DNA of 64,000 nucleotides from Parachlamydiales bacterium (GTDB lineage Bacteria; Chlamydiota; Chlamydiia; Chlamydiales; Rhabdochlamydiaceae): NCBI GenBank assembly GCA_947474635.1, contig CANJJB010000002.1, positions 6,533 to 70,532 of the forward strand, read 5' to 3'. Shown piece by piece: positions 56,876 to 64,000 of this stretch (position 1 is its first letter; each line of letters starts with the position of its first letter). The notes under the pieces were generated by a model. It saw only the letters and a program-made list of their open reading frames with translations, ran no database searches and was not told where the DNA came from. The position numbers and the translations under genes were made by a program.

Positions 56876-58642
56876 TTAGAATGTTTGTCCCATGCTGACT
56901 AAAAACCTGTATTTAGGATCGATCCCTTTTCTTCTATCTAAGGGTACTGCCACATCAAATCTTAAAGGGCCTAAGAAAGAAAAATAGCGCACGCCTAAGC
57001 CCGTTGATTTAAACCATTTTCCTTTAGGTTGCGGTATTTCTGTCAAACAGACGTTGCCGATATCAAAAAAAGGAACAAGCCCTATCATCTTATTTAACCT
57101 AAATCTGGTTTCAATTGTATAAAAAATTCCAGATCTGCCTCCTAAAGGTTTTCCATCTCTTAGAGGACTGACTGATTTATATCTGTAGCCGCGCATCTCT
57201 TGATCTGTTCCTTCAAGAACCCTTTTAGGAAGGGGAATGGAGCTTAATTCTTTACTGAAAATCGATTCGACTAAGAGTTTTTGCGCTAAGACAAAAAATT
57301 TGCCTTCTCTGATCGGAATATAATACGTGTAAGTGAGTGTCTGAGGAATGTAGTACTGCGTTATGGAAGAAAAATTTGTAGACGGAATCGCTTTATATTC
57401 TAGCGTGTTTCCTTTTTTTGGATCTAAAAGATCACTTGCTGTACTCCACCGAAAATATAGAGGCACTTCAAGTAATGTAAAAACACCATCTGCCACGCTT
57501 TTTTTTACAAACATTCTTTCTAACTTAATACCGCACGAGAGCCTGTATTTCGTTCCAATTCTTTGTTCGATTCTGTTTGTGATGTTATATGAGCGATCAT
57601 CATAGGGGAAAATCGATTCGTTCATTGCTTGCGCCTGCGCTACATAATCCTGCTCTTTGCGGTAAAAGTCAGGCACTAGAAATGTAAGAGAACCTGAATG
57701 GGTTTTTTTTGTGGCGTCTAGCTGTAAAGACAGCTTTCTGCCAAGCCCTCCAATATTTCTATTTTCCCATCCAAAGGTGATACCAGGACCGAAAAATGTC
57801 TGGTAGCTGATACCGCCGTTGATGCTTTTGTGTTTGTTTTCTACAACTTCAACTGTCATTGGTAAATTGCCATGCGTATCTAGAAATTCTGGATGCGTCA
57901 CAAGCACAGACGTAAAAAGGCCTGTATCCATGAGCGCTGTCTGCGTTTTTTCAACAAGAGAGGAGCAGTAAGGATCATTTTCTTTCCACAGAATTTTTCT
58001 ATCGATAAAGCGCTTTTTGACATGCGCCTGTCCTCTGATATCAGAGAGTCCAAATAGAGAAAAGGCGCCTGCCTGAATTGTGAGCGTAACAGAAAATGTT
58101 TTTGTTTTTCCATCAGCTACCATGTATCTTTTTTCAACGGTTGCAAGCGGGTAGCCGTAATCTGCAAGTAGGGCCAAAGCATGCTGCTCTGCTTCTACAA
58201 TTTTAGTCCCTAGAGCCGGCATGCCTTTTGTGAGCTGAAGGTTTTTTAAAGAAAATACATCTTCAGGAAAATTACTTGCTGCTTCTTCAGGGACAAGACG
58301 TATCACATAATCTTCCAAGAAATACTGCGGCCCTGGCACAATTAAAATAAAAACAGCCGTTTCTCTTTTTTGCTCTTCTAATTCAATAGAGATCGCAGCT
58401 TCGTAATACCCGTAGCTTTGCAAGGCTTTGATAAGTTCTGGAATATCCGATTCTGCCCTATAGCGCAAAGCATTAATTGACTCAGGCTCTTTATCTCTCA
58501 AAGAGACAAGATGGGATACCGACTTCATGGTTTTAAGCGCAGCTTTATTGCTCAGTCCAATGAATTCGACAGAATAATTGATTTTGCCAGCAAATAGGAC
58601 GAGGGGACAAAAGATGATCGTTAGAAAAAAGTATTTGTTCAT
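56876..58642 (-). CDS. tamA: Omp85-family outer membrane protein (TamA-like)
   Basis: Start set at ATG 58642 (MNKYFFLTIIFCPLVLFA). POTRA-like N-terminal region and a C-terminal barrel ending ..VSMGQTF. Confidence 0.82.
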   Translation of the reverse strand: MNKYFFLTIIFCPLVLFAGKINYSVEFIGLSNKAALKTMKSVSHLVSLRDKEPESINALRYRAESDIPELIKALQSYGYYEAAISIELEEQKRETAVFILIVPGPQYFLEDYVIRLVPEEAASNFPEDVFSLKNLQLTKGMPALGTKIVEAEQHALALLADYGYPLATVEKRYMVADGKTKTFSVTLTIQAGAFSLFGLSDIRGQAHVKKRFIDRKILWKENDPYCSSLVEKTQTALMDTGLFTSVLVTHPEFLDTHGNLPMTVEVVENKHKSINGGISYQTFFGPGITFGWENRNIGGLGRKLSLQLDATKKTHSGSLTFLVPDFYRKEQDYVAQAQAMNESIFPYDDRSYNITNRIEQRIGTKYRLSCGIKLERMFVKKSVADGVFTLLEVPLYFRWSTASDLLDPKKGNTLEYKAIPSTNFSSITQYYIPQTLTYTYYIPIREGKFFVLAQKLLVESIFSKELSSIPLPKRVLEGTDQEMRGYRYKSVSPLRDGKPLGGRSGIFYTIETRFRLNKMIGLVPFFDIGNVCLTEIPQPKGKWFKSTGLGVRYFSFLGPLRFDVAVPLDRRKGIDPKYRFLVSMGQTF

Positions 58643-58700
58643 TTCAACGCTTGATTTTATATCGGCTAGACTAAAATATCTACAGGATACTGGAGTCATT

Positions 58701-59978
58701 ATGAAAGAAAGATCTCTCAGCCAAGAAAATTATGCAGCGTCTTGCACGCTCATTCCCGGCGGAGTCAATTCTCCTGTTAGAGCCTTCCCAGGACTTAATA
58801 TGACGCCTCTTATCGCTGTCAAAGGCGCGGGATCAAGGGTCTGGGATCTCGATGGCTACTCATATATTGATTTTTGTGGAAGTTGGGGGGCGCTCATCTT
58901 AGGACACGCACATCCAGCTGTTGTTGAAGCAGCTTATAACCAACTCAAGCTCGGCTCCTCATTTGGGATGTCAACTCCCTTTGAAGAGGCCATTGCCAGA
59001 TGCGTAATAGCGCAAATGCCTTCCATAGAAAAAATCCGGTTTGTCTCATCAGGAACAGAAGCTACCATGACAGCTGCGCGTCTAGCACGTGGCTACACAC
59101 ATAAAAATGTGATTGTAAAATTTAATGGTAACTACCATGGACATGCCGATGGATTTTTAGTGAATGCAGGCTCTGGTCTTACAAACTTAAATCTTACCTC
59201 TTCTTCAAAAGGCGTGCCTCCCGATCTTGTAAAAAACACGGCCTCTCTTCCCTATAACGACGTAGAGACCTGCCGCCAGTTTTTACGCACCCACACCGAT
59301 GTCGCAGCCGTCATCTTAGAACCAATTGCGGGCAACATGGGAACTGTCCCAGCAACACAAGCCTTCATAGACATGCTGCGAGAGGAGACTACAAAAGCTA
59401 AAGCTCTTCTTATTTTTGATGAGGTGATATCAGGTTTTAGAGTAGGCCTTCATGGAGCGCAGGCTCTGTATGGCGCAGCACCTGATCTTACCTGCCTTGG
59501 CAAAATTATAGGAGGAGGCTTTCCAGCTGCAGCCTTTGGTGGAAAAAAAGAGATCATGGATTGTTTAGCGCCGCTAGGAGAAGTTTACCAAGCAGGAACG
59601 CTCTCTGGCAACTCGGTTGCCATGCAAGCAGGGCTTGCCACCCTTCAAGAAATTTCTAAGCCTGGTTTTTATGAAGAGCTAGAGAGAAAAACAAATCTCT
59701 TAACACAACCTATTAAAGATGCAATTACTCGCTACAAACTTAATGCCTGCATCAATCAAGTAGGCTCTATGTTCACTCTCTTTTTTGGACACACTGAAGT
59801 GACAACAAAAACGAAGCTCGATGAATCTGCCTACAAAGCTCTTTTTGTCCATCTGTTTGAAGAGGGGATTTACTTCCCACCTTCTGCCTATGAGGCAGCG
59901 TTTGTCTCAAGCGCGCATACGGAAGAGGATCTTGTAAAAACAAGAGATGCCATTTTACAATTTTTGGCTAATCTATAA
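58701..59978 (+). CDS. hemL: glutamate-1-semialdehyde 2,1-aminomutase
   Basis: ATG 58701 with GGAG RBS. Blocks GGVNSPVRAF, DEVISGFR and GKIIGGG. Confidence 0.93.
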   Translation: MKERSLSQENYAASCTLIPGGVNSPVRAFPGLNMTPLIAVKGAGSRVWDLDGYSYIDFCGSWGALILGHAHPAVVEAAYNQLKLGSSFGMSTPFEEAIARCVIAQMPSIEKIRFVSSGTEATMTAARLARGYTHKNVIVKFNGNYHGHADGFLVNAGSGLTNLNLTSSSKGVPPDLVKNTASLPYNDVETCRQFLRTHTDVAAVILEPIAGNMGTVPATQAFIDMLREETTKAKALLIFDEVISGFRVGLHGAQALYGAAPDLTCLGKIIGGGFPAAAFGGKKEIMDCLAPLGEVYQAGTLSGNSVAMQAGLATLQEISKPGFYEELERKTNLLTQPIKDAITRYKLNACINQVGSMFTLFFGHTEVTTKTKLDESAYKALFVHLFEEGIYFPPSAYEAAFVSSAHTEEDLVKTRDAILQFLANL

Positions 59979-60041
59979 TTTTTTTGACGCTTGCTTGCCT
60001 GCTCAAAAAATGTTATCATTGACCTTCAAAAAAGGTAGATA

Positions 60042-60701
60042 ATGAATATTTTATCGGCAGCAAGACATTACGGCTGTGCTCTTGGGAGTATGCAAGCGCT
60101 GCCTATTTTTTTATCGGCTTCCTTAATTGCAAGTGGACTAACAGCTATTGCTCTAAAAACGCATCGGATCTCCCTCAACCATGCTCCACTTTTTTTTACA
60201 AATACATTCTTTGTACAAAGCATTATTGCACGTATTATCGGCTATCCTTTTTCTTTAACTGTACCACTATCGCTTGTGGGGGTTGTTATGGGTATTTTTT
60301 GGAAAATAATGCAATCTGAAAATTTATTCTCTGTAAAAACTTATGATGTTAATAAAGATGTTAAAGAACAAATCCCTTGTTTGTGCAAGAGACGTGAAGA
60401 GCTAACAAACCAAATTGCAGCAATTGAACGATTTGTTAATGAAAGACCTGATCTGAAAAGCGCATGTGAAAAAGCCTGGCAAGATTTTGTGCCACATATT
60501 GTAAAGACATCATCTCCTAGCGCAGATATAGACCCCTTAGACCCTGTTGATCAAGCCTATGTTCTTGAAATGGAAATTCGGAATAAAGAGCGCATACTGG
60601 AAAATTACCAATATTTTATAAAACTCAATCCACAAATTGAAGCTACTATTTCAAGGATACTCCATTACAACCCAAGTGCGTCCATATTTAACATCTGCTA
60701 A
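60042..60701 (+). CDS. hypothetical membrane protein, 219 aa
   Basis: Three N-terminal hydrophobic segments followed by a helical tail. No family recognised. Confidence 0.55.
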   Translation: MNILSAARHYGCALGSMQALPIFLSASLIASGLTAIALKTHRISLNHAPLFFTNTFFVQSIIARIIGYPFSLTVPLSLVGVVMGIFWKIMQSENLFSVKTYDVNKDVKEQIPCLCKRREELTNQIAAIERFVNERPDLKSACEKAWQDFVPHIVKTSSPSADIDPLDPVDQAYVLEMEIRNKERILENYQYFIKLNPQIEATISRILHYNPSASIFNIC

Positions 60702-60801
60702 GCAGATCTTAGAAAAAACAGCTGGTACCATTCGTCACTTGACGATGGATGCTGTTGCTAAAGCGCAATCAGGCCATGCGGGGCTTTCTCAAACTCTCTG
60801 A
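60700..60801 (+). pseudogene. tkt: relic of a transketolase N-terminus (~33 codons)
   Basis: Frame 1 reads KQILEKTAGTIRHLTMDAVAKAQSGHAGLSQTL-stop. The IR.L..DAV.KA.SGH.G block is the conserved transketolase N-terminal ThDP-binding motif. There is no start codon and no continuation. Confidence 0.65.
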
Positions 60802-60955
60802 CAATTATAGCTTGCAATTTTGAGAGAGATACTAATCCATGTTTGAATCAATGTAAACGTTTTAGTTGTGCGTTGACATGTTTTTTCTTGTTATAAAAAA
60901 TATGCAGTTTTGCATATCTATGCATAGATTTAAGGAAATTTTAGTCAGCAGCTGC

Positions 60956-60982
60956 AACCCCGAAGCAAAAAACTTCGGGGTT
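60956..60982 (+). terminator. hairpin AACCCCGAAG / CTTCGGGGTT followed by CGTTTTTA
   Basis: 10-bp GC-rich stem with a 7-nt loop and a T-run on the plus strand. Confidence 0.45.
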
Positions 60983-61018
60983 CGTTTTTATAGTTCAGTA
61001 TTCGGTAGAATCCGGATG

Positions 61019-61186
61019 TTAATTCGCACCTCTTTTCGAAGAGGTTTTGGCTGCAACTTTTTTTGCGCGTGATTTTTCTTTTTTAACATTAGCCACTGTT
61101 TTCCATTCACCTTTTTCAAAAGAAGATAGGAGGTCTCTTTCCTCGGGGTCGAGCTTGATTTTCGCAGATTTTCTATTTTTTTTCAT
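61019..61186 (-). pseudogene. truncated and frameshifted RHH (BrnA/CopG-like) antitoxin remnant, 55 codons
   Basis: ATG 61186 with AGGAG at 61192-61196. MKKNRKSAKIKLDPEERDLLSSFEKGEWKTV.. resembles the N-terminal part of BrnA-like antitoxins. The expected RINIR strand appears only in a shifted frame (..KEVRINIRILPNTEL-stop) and the rest is missing. Family assignment is from memory. Confidence 0.4.
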
Positions 61187-61256
61187 AACTTCTCCTGAAT
61201 ATGCTACAGAATCTATAGATTAGAAAAGAGAAATATCCTTTTGCAAATATAAGCAA

Positions 61257-62708
61257 ATGTCGATAATCAATAGCATGAAATACCTAATTTTTTGTTTTCT
61301 CTTTTTTTACTCAGCCTATCTCTACCCCGTTGATTGGAGTCCCATCCATATCAACCAGGAAGGTCCAAACAAAATAGGGCATCTCTACTTAGGCAAAGAC
61401 CATTCGATTGATCAGTCAACACTCCTCTATGTTAAATTTTCACTCGATCATTTTAAAGAGGAGGGGGTCTCTTGTGTCGTGCTCAAATTAAATACGCCAG
61501 GAGGGGAAATCTTTGCAGCTCTGAAAATTGTGGAACTGCTGAAGGATTTAGATAAAAAAGATCATATCCCTGTGATTGCCTACATTGACAACTGGGCAAT
61601 ATCGGCAGGAGCGATGCTTGCGTACTCGTGCAGATATATTGGAGCTACAACTGCTGCTAGCATGGGCGCTGCAGAACCCGTGCTCATGGGTGAAGGGGGG
61701 CAGATGGAGAGTGCCTCAGAAAAGATCAACTCAGCGCTGAGAGCGGAATTTTCTAACTTAGCTAGCCTTTGGAACAGAAACCCCGATATTGCTGAAGCGA
61801 TGGTGGATAAAGACATCATCTTGGTTCTAAGAGAGGGCGCAATCATGAAACTTGATGATGAAACGCAAATCCGCCTGAAAGGCTCCCACCCCGATACGAT
61901 CATTTCTAATAAAGGCAAGCTTCTTACGCTCAATACAGACCAGATGGAAAAGTACGGCGTCTCAGATTTTATAACCGATGATCTTGCAAGTTACGGCGTA
62001 TTTGCTGACATGCCCCATAAAGAATGGGTTAGCTATTCAAACTGGAAAATCGACTTTTTTGCTTTTTTACTCCATCCGGCTGTTGTCTCTATCTTGACGA
62101 TGGGTATTTTATTGGGTATTTATCTAGAGGTGCAAAATCCTGGGATGGTCTTTCCAATTGTTATGGGGCTTGCGTGCCTTGTCTTAGTGCTGATTGGCAA
62201 ATTTTCTATGGAAACAATTGGCTGGATAGAGGGGATTATGCTGGGGGTTGGTCTTATACTTATTGTCCTAGAGCTCTTTGTTTTACCGACTTTTGGCCTT
62301 TTGGGAGTTGTAGGTATTATTTTAGCAATGGTAGGCTTTGTAACACTCACTTTGCCTCACTTTGAAAATGTCACTTTTTTTCCTCATTGGAACCTAGCTG
62401 CAGAGGCTGTTATTGAGCACCTTGCCTGGATTTGCGCCACCTTGGTGATTTCAGGGATTATCATAGCATTTCTATCGAAAAAAATGATGAAACGCTTTAT
62501 CGTGGTGGAGGAAGAAAAAATTGAGATTTCTTTTCCTTCAGAAATAGATGCTGTAGGGGTTGCTTTTACGGATCTTGCGCCTTCTGGTAAAGTGGAAGTG
62601 GCAGGTAAGATCTACGATGCTATCACCGAAGGTTATTTCTTAGAAAAGGGGACTGAAATCATTGTGATGCGCCTTCAAGGCAGCCAGCTTTATGTGAGAG
62701 CCAAATGA
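61257..62708 (+). CDS. nfeD: NfeD-like membrane-bound ClpP-class serine protease
   Basis: Anchor, ClpP-like domain (LNTPGGEIFAA, IDNWAISAGAML), a 4-5 TM block, and a C-terminal OB fold (SGKVEVAGKIYDA). Confidence 0.82.
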   Translation: MSIINSMKYLIFCFLFFYSAYLYPVDWSPIHINQEGPNKIGHLYLGKDHSIDQSTLLYVKFSLDHFKEEGVSCVVLKLNTPGGEIFAALKIVELLKDLDKKDHIPVIAYIDNWAISAGAMLAYSCRYIGATTAASMGAAEPVLMGEGGQMESASEKINSALRAEFSNLASLWNRNPDIAEAMVDKDIILVLREGAIMKLDDETQIRLKGSHPDTIISNKGKLLTLNTDQMEKYGVSDFITDDLASYGVFADMPHKEWVSYSNWKIDFFAFLLHPAVVSILTMGILLGIYLEVQNPGMVFPIVMGLACLVLVLIGKFSMETIGWIEGIMLGVGLILIVLELFVLPTFGLLGVVGIILAMVGFVTLTLPHFENVTFFPHWNLAAEAVIEHLAWICATLVISGIIIAFLSKKMMKRFIVVEEEKIEISFPSEIDAVGVAFTDLAPSGKVEVAGKIYDAITEGYFLEKGTEIIVMRLQGSQLYVRAK

Positions 62709-63157
62709 ACATTATTTTGACCTTTGCCCTCATTGGGCTTTTTTTAGTTTACTTAGAGTTCTTTTTCCCTTCGGGCATTCTAGGGGTTGTCGCTGCAGCA
62801 TCACTCATTGCAAGTATTATTTTTTTCATTGCGAAAGGACATGCGTGGGGATGGAGCATAGCTTATGCTGTAATCTTACTTGGAGCCACAGGCTTCATCT
62901 GCAAAATGGCCCTTTCTAAAGTGAAAAAAAAGGTCTCTTTAAATGATGACCAAGAGCATTTTGTTGCCGTCTCCTATAATACAGATCTTATAGGCAAAGA
63001 GGGCGTTGTTCTCTCTGACCTTAAACCTTCAGGTCATGTTTTAATTGAGGGAAAACGCGTAGCTGCCTTTTCAGAAAGTGGCTATATTTCTAAAGATACA
63101 GCTATTGTTGCGACAAGCGGAAGAGGTTCTATGTTAATTGTTAAACAAAAGGTCTAA
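62705..63157 (+). CDS. short NfeD-family protein (TM + OB-fold)
   Basis: 150 aa with three TM segments and [14 protein letters not shown]. Overlaps the upstream gene by 4 nt. Confidence 0.78.
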   Translation: MNIILTFALIGLFLVYLEFFFPSGILGVVAAASLIASIIFFIAKGHAWGWSIAYAVILLGATGFICKMALSKVKKKVSLNDDQEHFVAVSYNTDLIGKEGVVLSDLKPSGHVLIEGKRVAAFSESGYISKDTAIVATSGRGSMLIVKQKV

Positions 63158-63165
63158 AGGTAAAT

Positions 63166-64000
63166 ATGCCCAACTTATATTTCTTAATTTTTGCTCTCTT
63201 TATTGCAGGTGGAATCTTTCTCATTATGATTCTGCGCTATGTAGGACTATGGTTTCAGACAGTTGTGTCAGGAACAACCGTTTCCCTTGTTAACATCATC
63301 GGGATGAGCCTTCGTAAAATTCCCGCTCGTCTTATCATCAACGGCTATATCAACACCTATAAAGCCGGCATTAAAACGCTCACTGTTGCAGACTTAGAAA
63401 CGCATTACATGGCAGGGGGCAATGTCACAAACGTGATTAGAGCCATGATTGCCGCAAGAAAAGCCAATATTCCTCTTGACTGGGGACAAGCAACTGCTAT
63501 TGACCTTGCAGGAAGAGACATTCTCGATGCTGTGAAAACCTCTGTTAACCCTAAAGTCATCGACTGCCCCGATTCTAAACATGGTAGCTACATCACAGCC
63601 GTTGCTAAAGACGGGATCCAAGTGAAATGTAGAGCAAGGGTCACAGTCCGCACAAACATCCGCCAGCTCGTTGGTGGCGCAACAGAAGAGACGATTGTAG
63701 CACGCGTTGGTGAAGCGATTGTCAATGCAATTGGCGCATCTTCCACCCACACAGACGTTCTTGAAGCTCCTAACCGCATCTCTAAACTTGCTCTTGAAAA
63801 AGGGTTAGATACTGGAACTGCTTTTGAAATCCTCTCTATTGACATCGCTGACATCTCCATTGGAGAAAACATCGGCGCCAAACTCAGAGCTGACCAAGCA
63901 GAATCAGATAAATCGATTGCCCAAGCTAAAGCAGAAGGCAGAAGAGCTATGGGAGCTGCTGCCAAAGAAGAAAACGAAGCAGAGCTTGTCAAAGCAGAAG
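63166..64000 (+). CDS. floA: flotillin-like protein FloA (UPF0365/YqfA), 3' end outside window
   Basis: Not in the ORF track because there is no stop within the window. ATG at 63166. The translation (..[75 protein letters not shown]) closely parallels B. subtilis FloA. Confidence 0.9.
   Translation, partial: MPNLYFLIFALFIAGGIFLIMILRYVGLWFQTVVSGTTVSLVNIIGMSLRKIPARLIINGYINTYKAGIKTLTVADLETHYMAGGNVTNVIRAMIAARKANIPLDWGQATAIDLAGRDILDAVKTSVNPKVIDCPDSKHGSYITAVAKDGIQVKCRARVTVRTNIRQLVGGATEETIVARVGEAIVNAIGASSTHTDVLEAPNRISKLALEKGLDTGTAFEILSIDIADISIGENIGAKLRADQAESDKSIAQAKAEGRRAMGAAAKEENEAELVKAE

Noticed and set aside
60866-61072. 68-aa plus-strand ORF
   Set aside because: It spans a terminator-like hairpin and lies antisense to the antitoxin-like relic. 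It has no RBS and poor composition.
63394-63992. Two overlapping minus-strand ORFs (118 and 134 aa)
   Set aside because: They are antisense to an open plus-strand frame from 63166 that translates into a near-textbook FloA sequence. The ORF track missed floA only because it lacks a stop within the window.
1-64000. Scan for rRNA, tRNA, tmRNA, transposase, integrase, phage or cas genes
   Set aside because: No translated ORF shows DDE, tyrosine- or serine-recombinase, capsid, terminase or Cas motifs. No intergenic segment resembles a tRNA cloverleaf (no GGTTCGAATCC-type T-arm). By-eye screening could miss small or divergent RNAs.

Overview
This is a densely coding 64-kb chromosomal segment with about 60 genes on both strands. 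I found no rRNA, tRNA, CRISPR array, transposase, integrase or phage genes. All homology calls were made by eye from motifs, and start codons are provisional.

Likely source: the gene content suggests an environmental or amoeba-associated member of the Chlamydiota. The supporting genes are an LcrH/SycD-class type III chaperone with small translocator-like proteins, a TLC/NTT-like carrier, a tgt-yhhQ pair, an F-box/LRR protein, an inverse autotransporter, and many lineage-specific anchored ORFs. This is an inference, not proven.

Housekeeping blocks: aroA(partial)-aroK-aroC; sugE; glpD-glpK divergent from glpF; malic enzyme; ispH; maf; tdk; tgt-yhhQ; dus; a PiT phosphate carrier; yqgE; mlaE-mlaF-mlaD; tamA-tamB; hemL; nfeD-nfeD-floA (floA runs off the right edge and is absent from the ORF track).

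Accessory content and main observations:
1. A translationally coupled tandem array of five diverged, signal-anchored paralogs (29.3-33.6 kb). Their conserved blocks follow the order of protein-kinase-like catalytic motifs. I do not recognise the family.
2. Two self-contained modules each sit between direct repeats that duplicate the 3' end of the neighbouring host gene. These are HepT-MntA at 23.1-23.8 kb and a class II-type Fic gene at 52.2-53.5 kb. This indicates cassette-like insertion without any recombinase in the window.
3. Phased operator-like motif arrays lie upstream of both Fic genes and both DUF4143-type ATPase genes.
4. A compact four-gene operon encodes a type III chaperone and unusually small translocator-like proteins.
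5. An inverse autotransporter carries a beta-helix passenger.
6. An F-box/LRR protein is present.
7. Several long inverted-repeat elements occur, at 1983-2050, 48294-48421, 49543-49706 and 52131-52222.
8. A gene-relic zone at 60.7-61.2 kb holds a transketolase N-terminal fragment and a decayed RHH antitoxin-like ORF.
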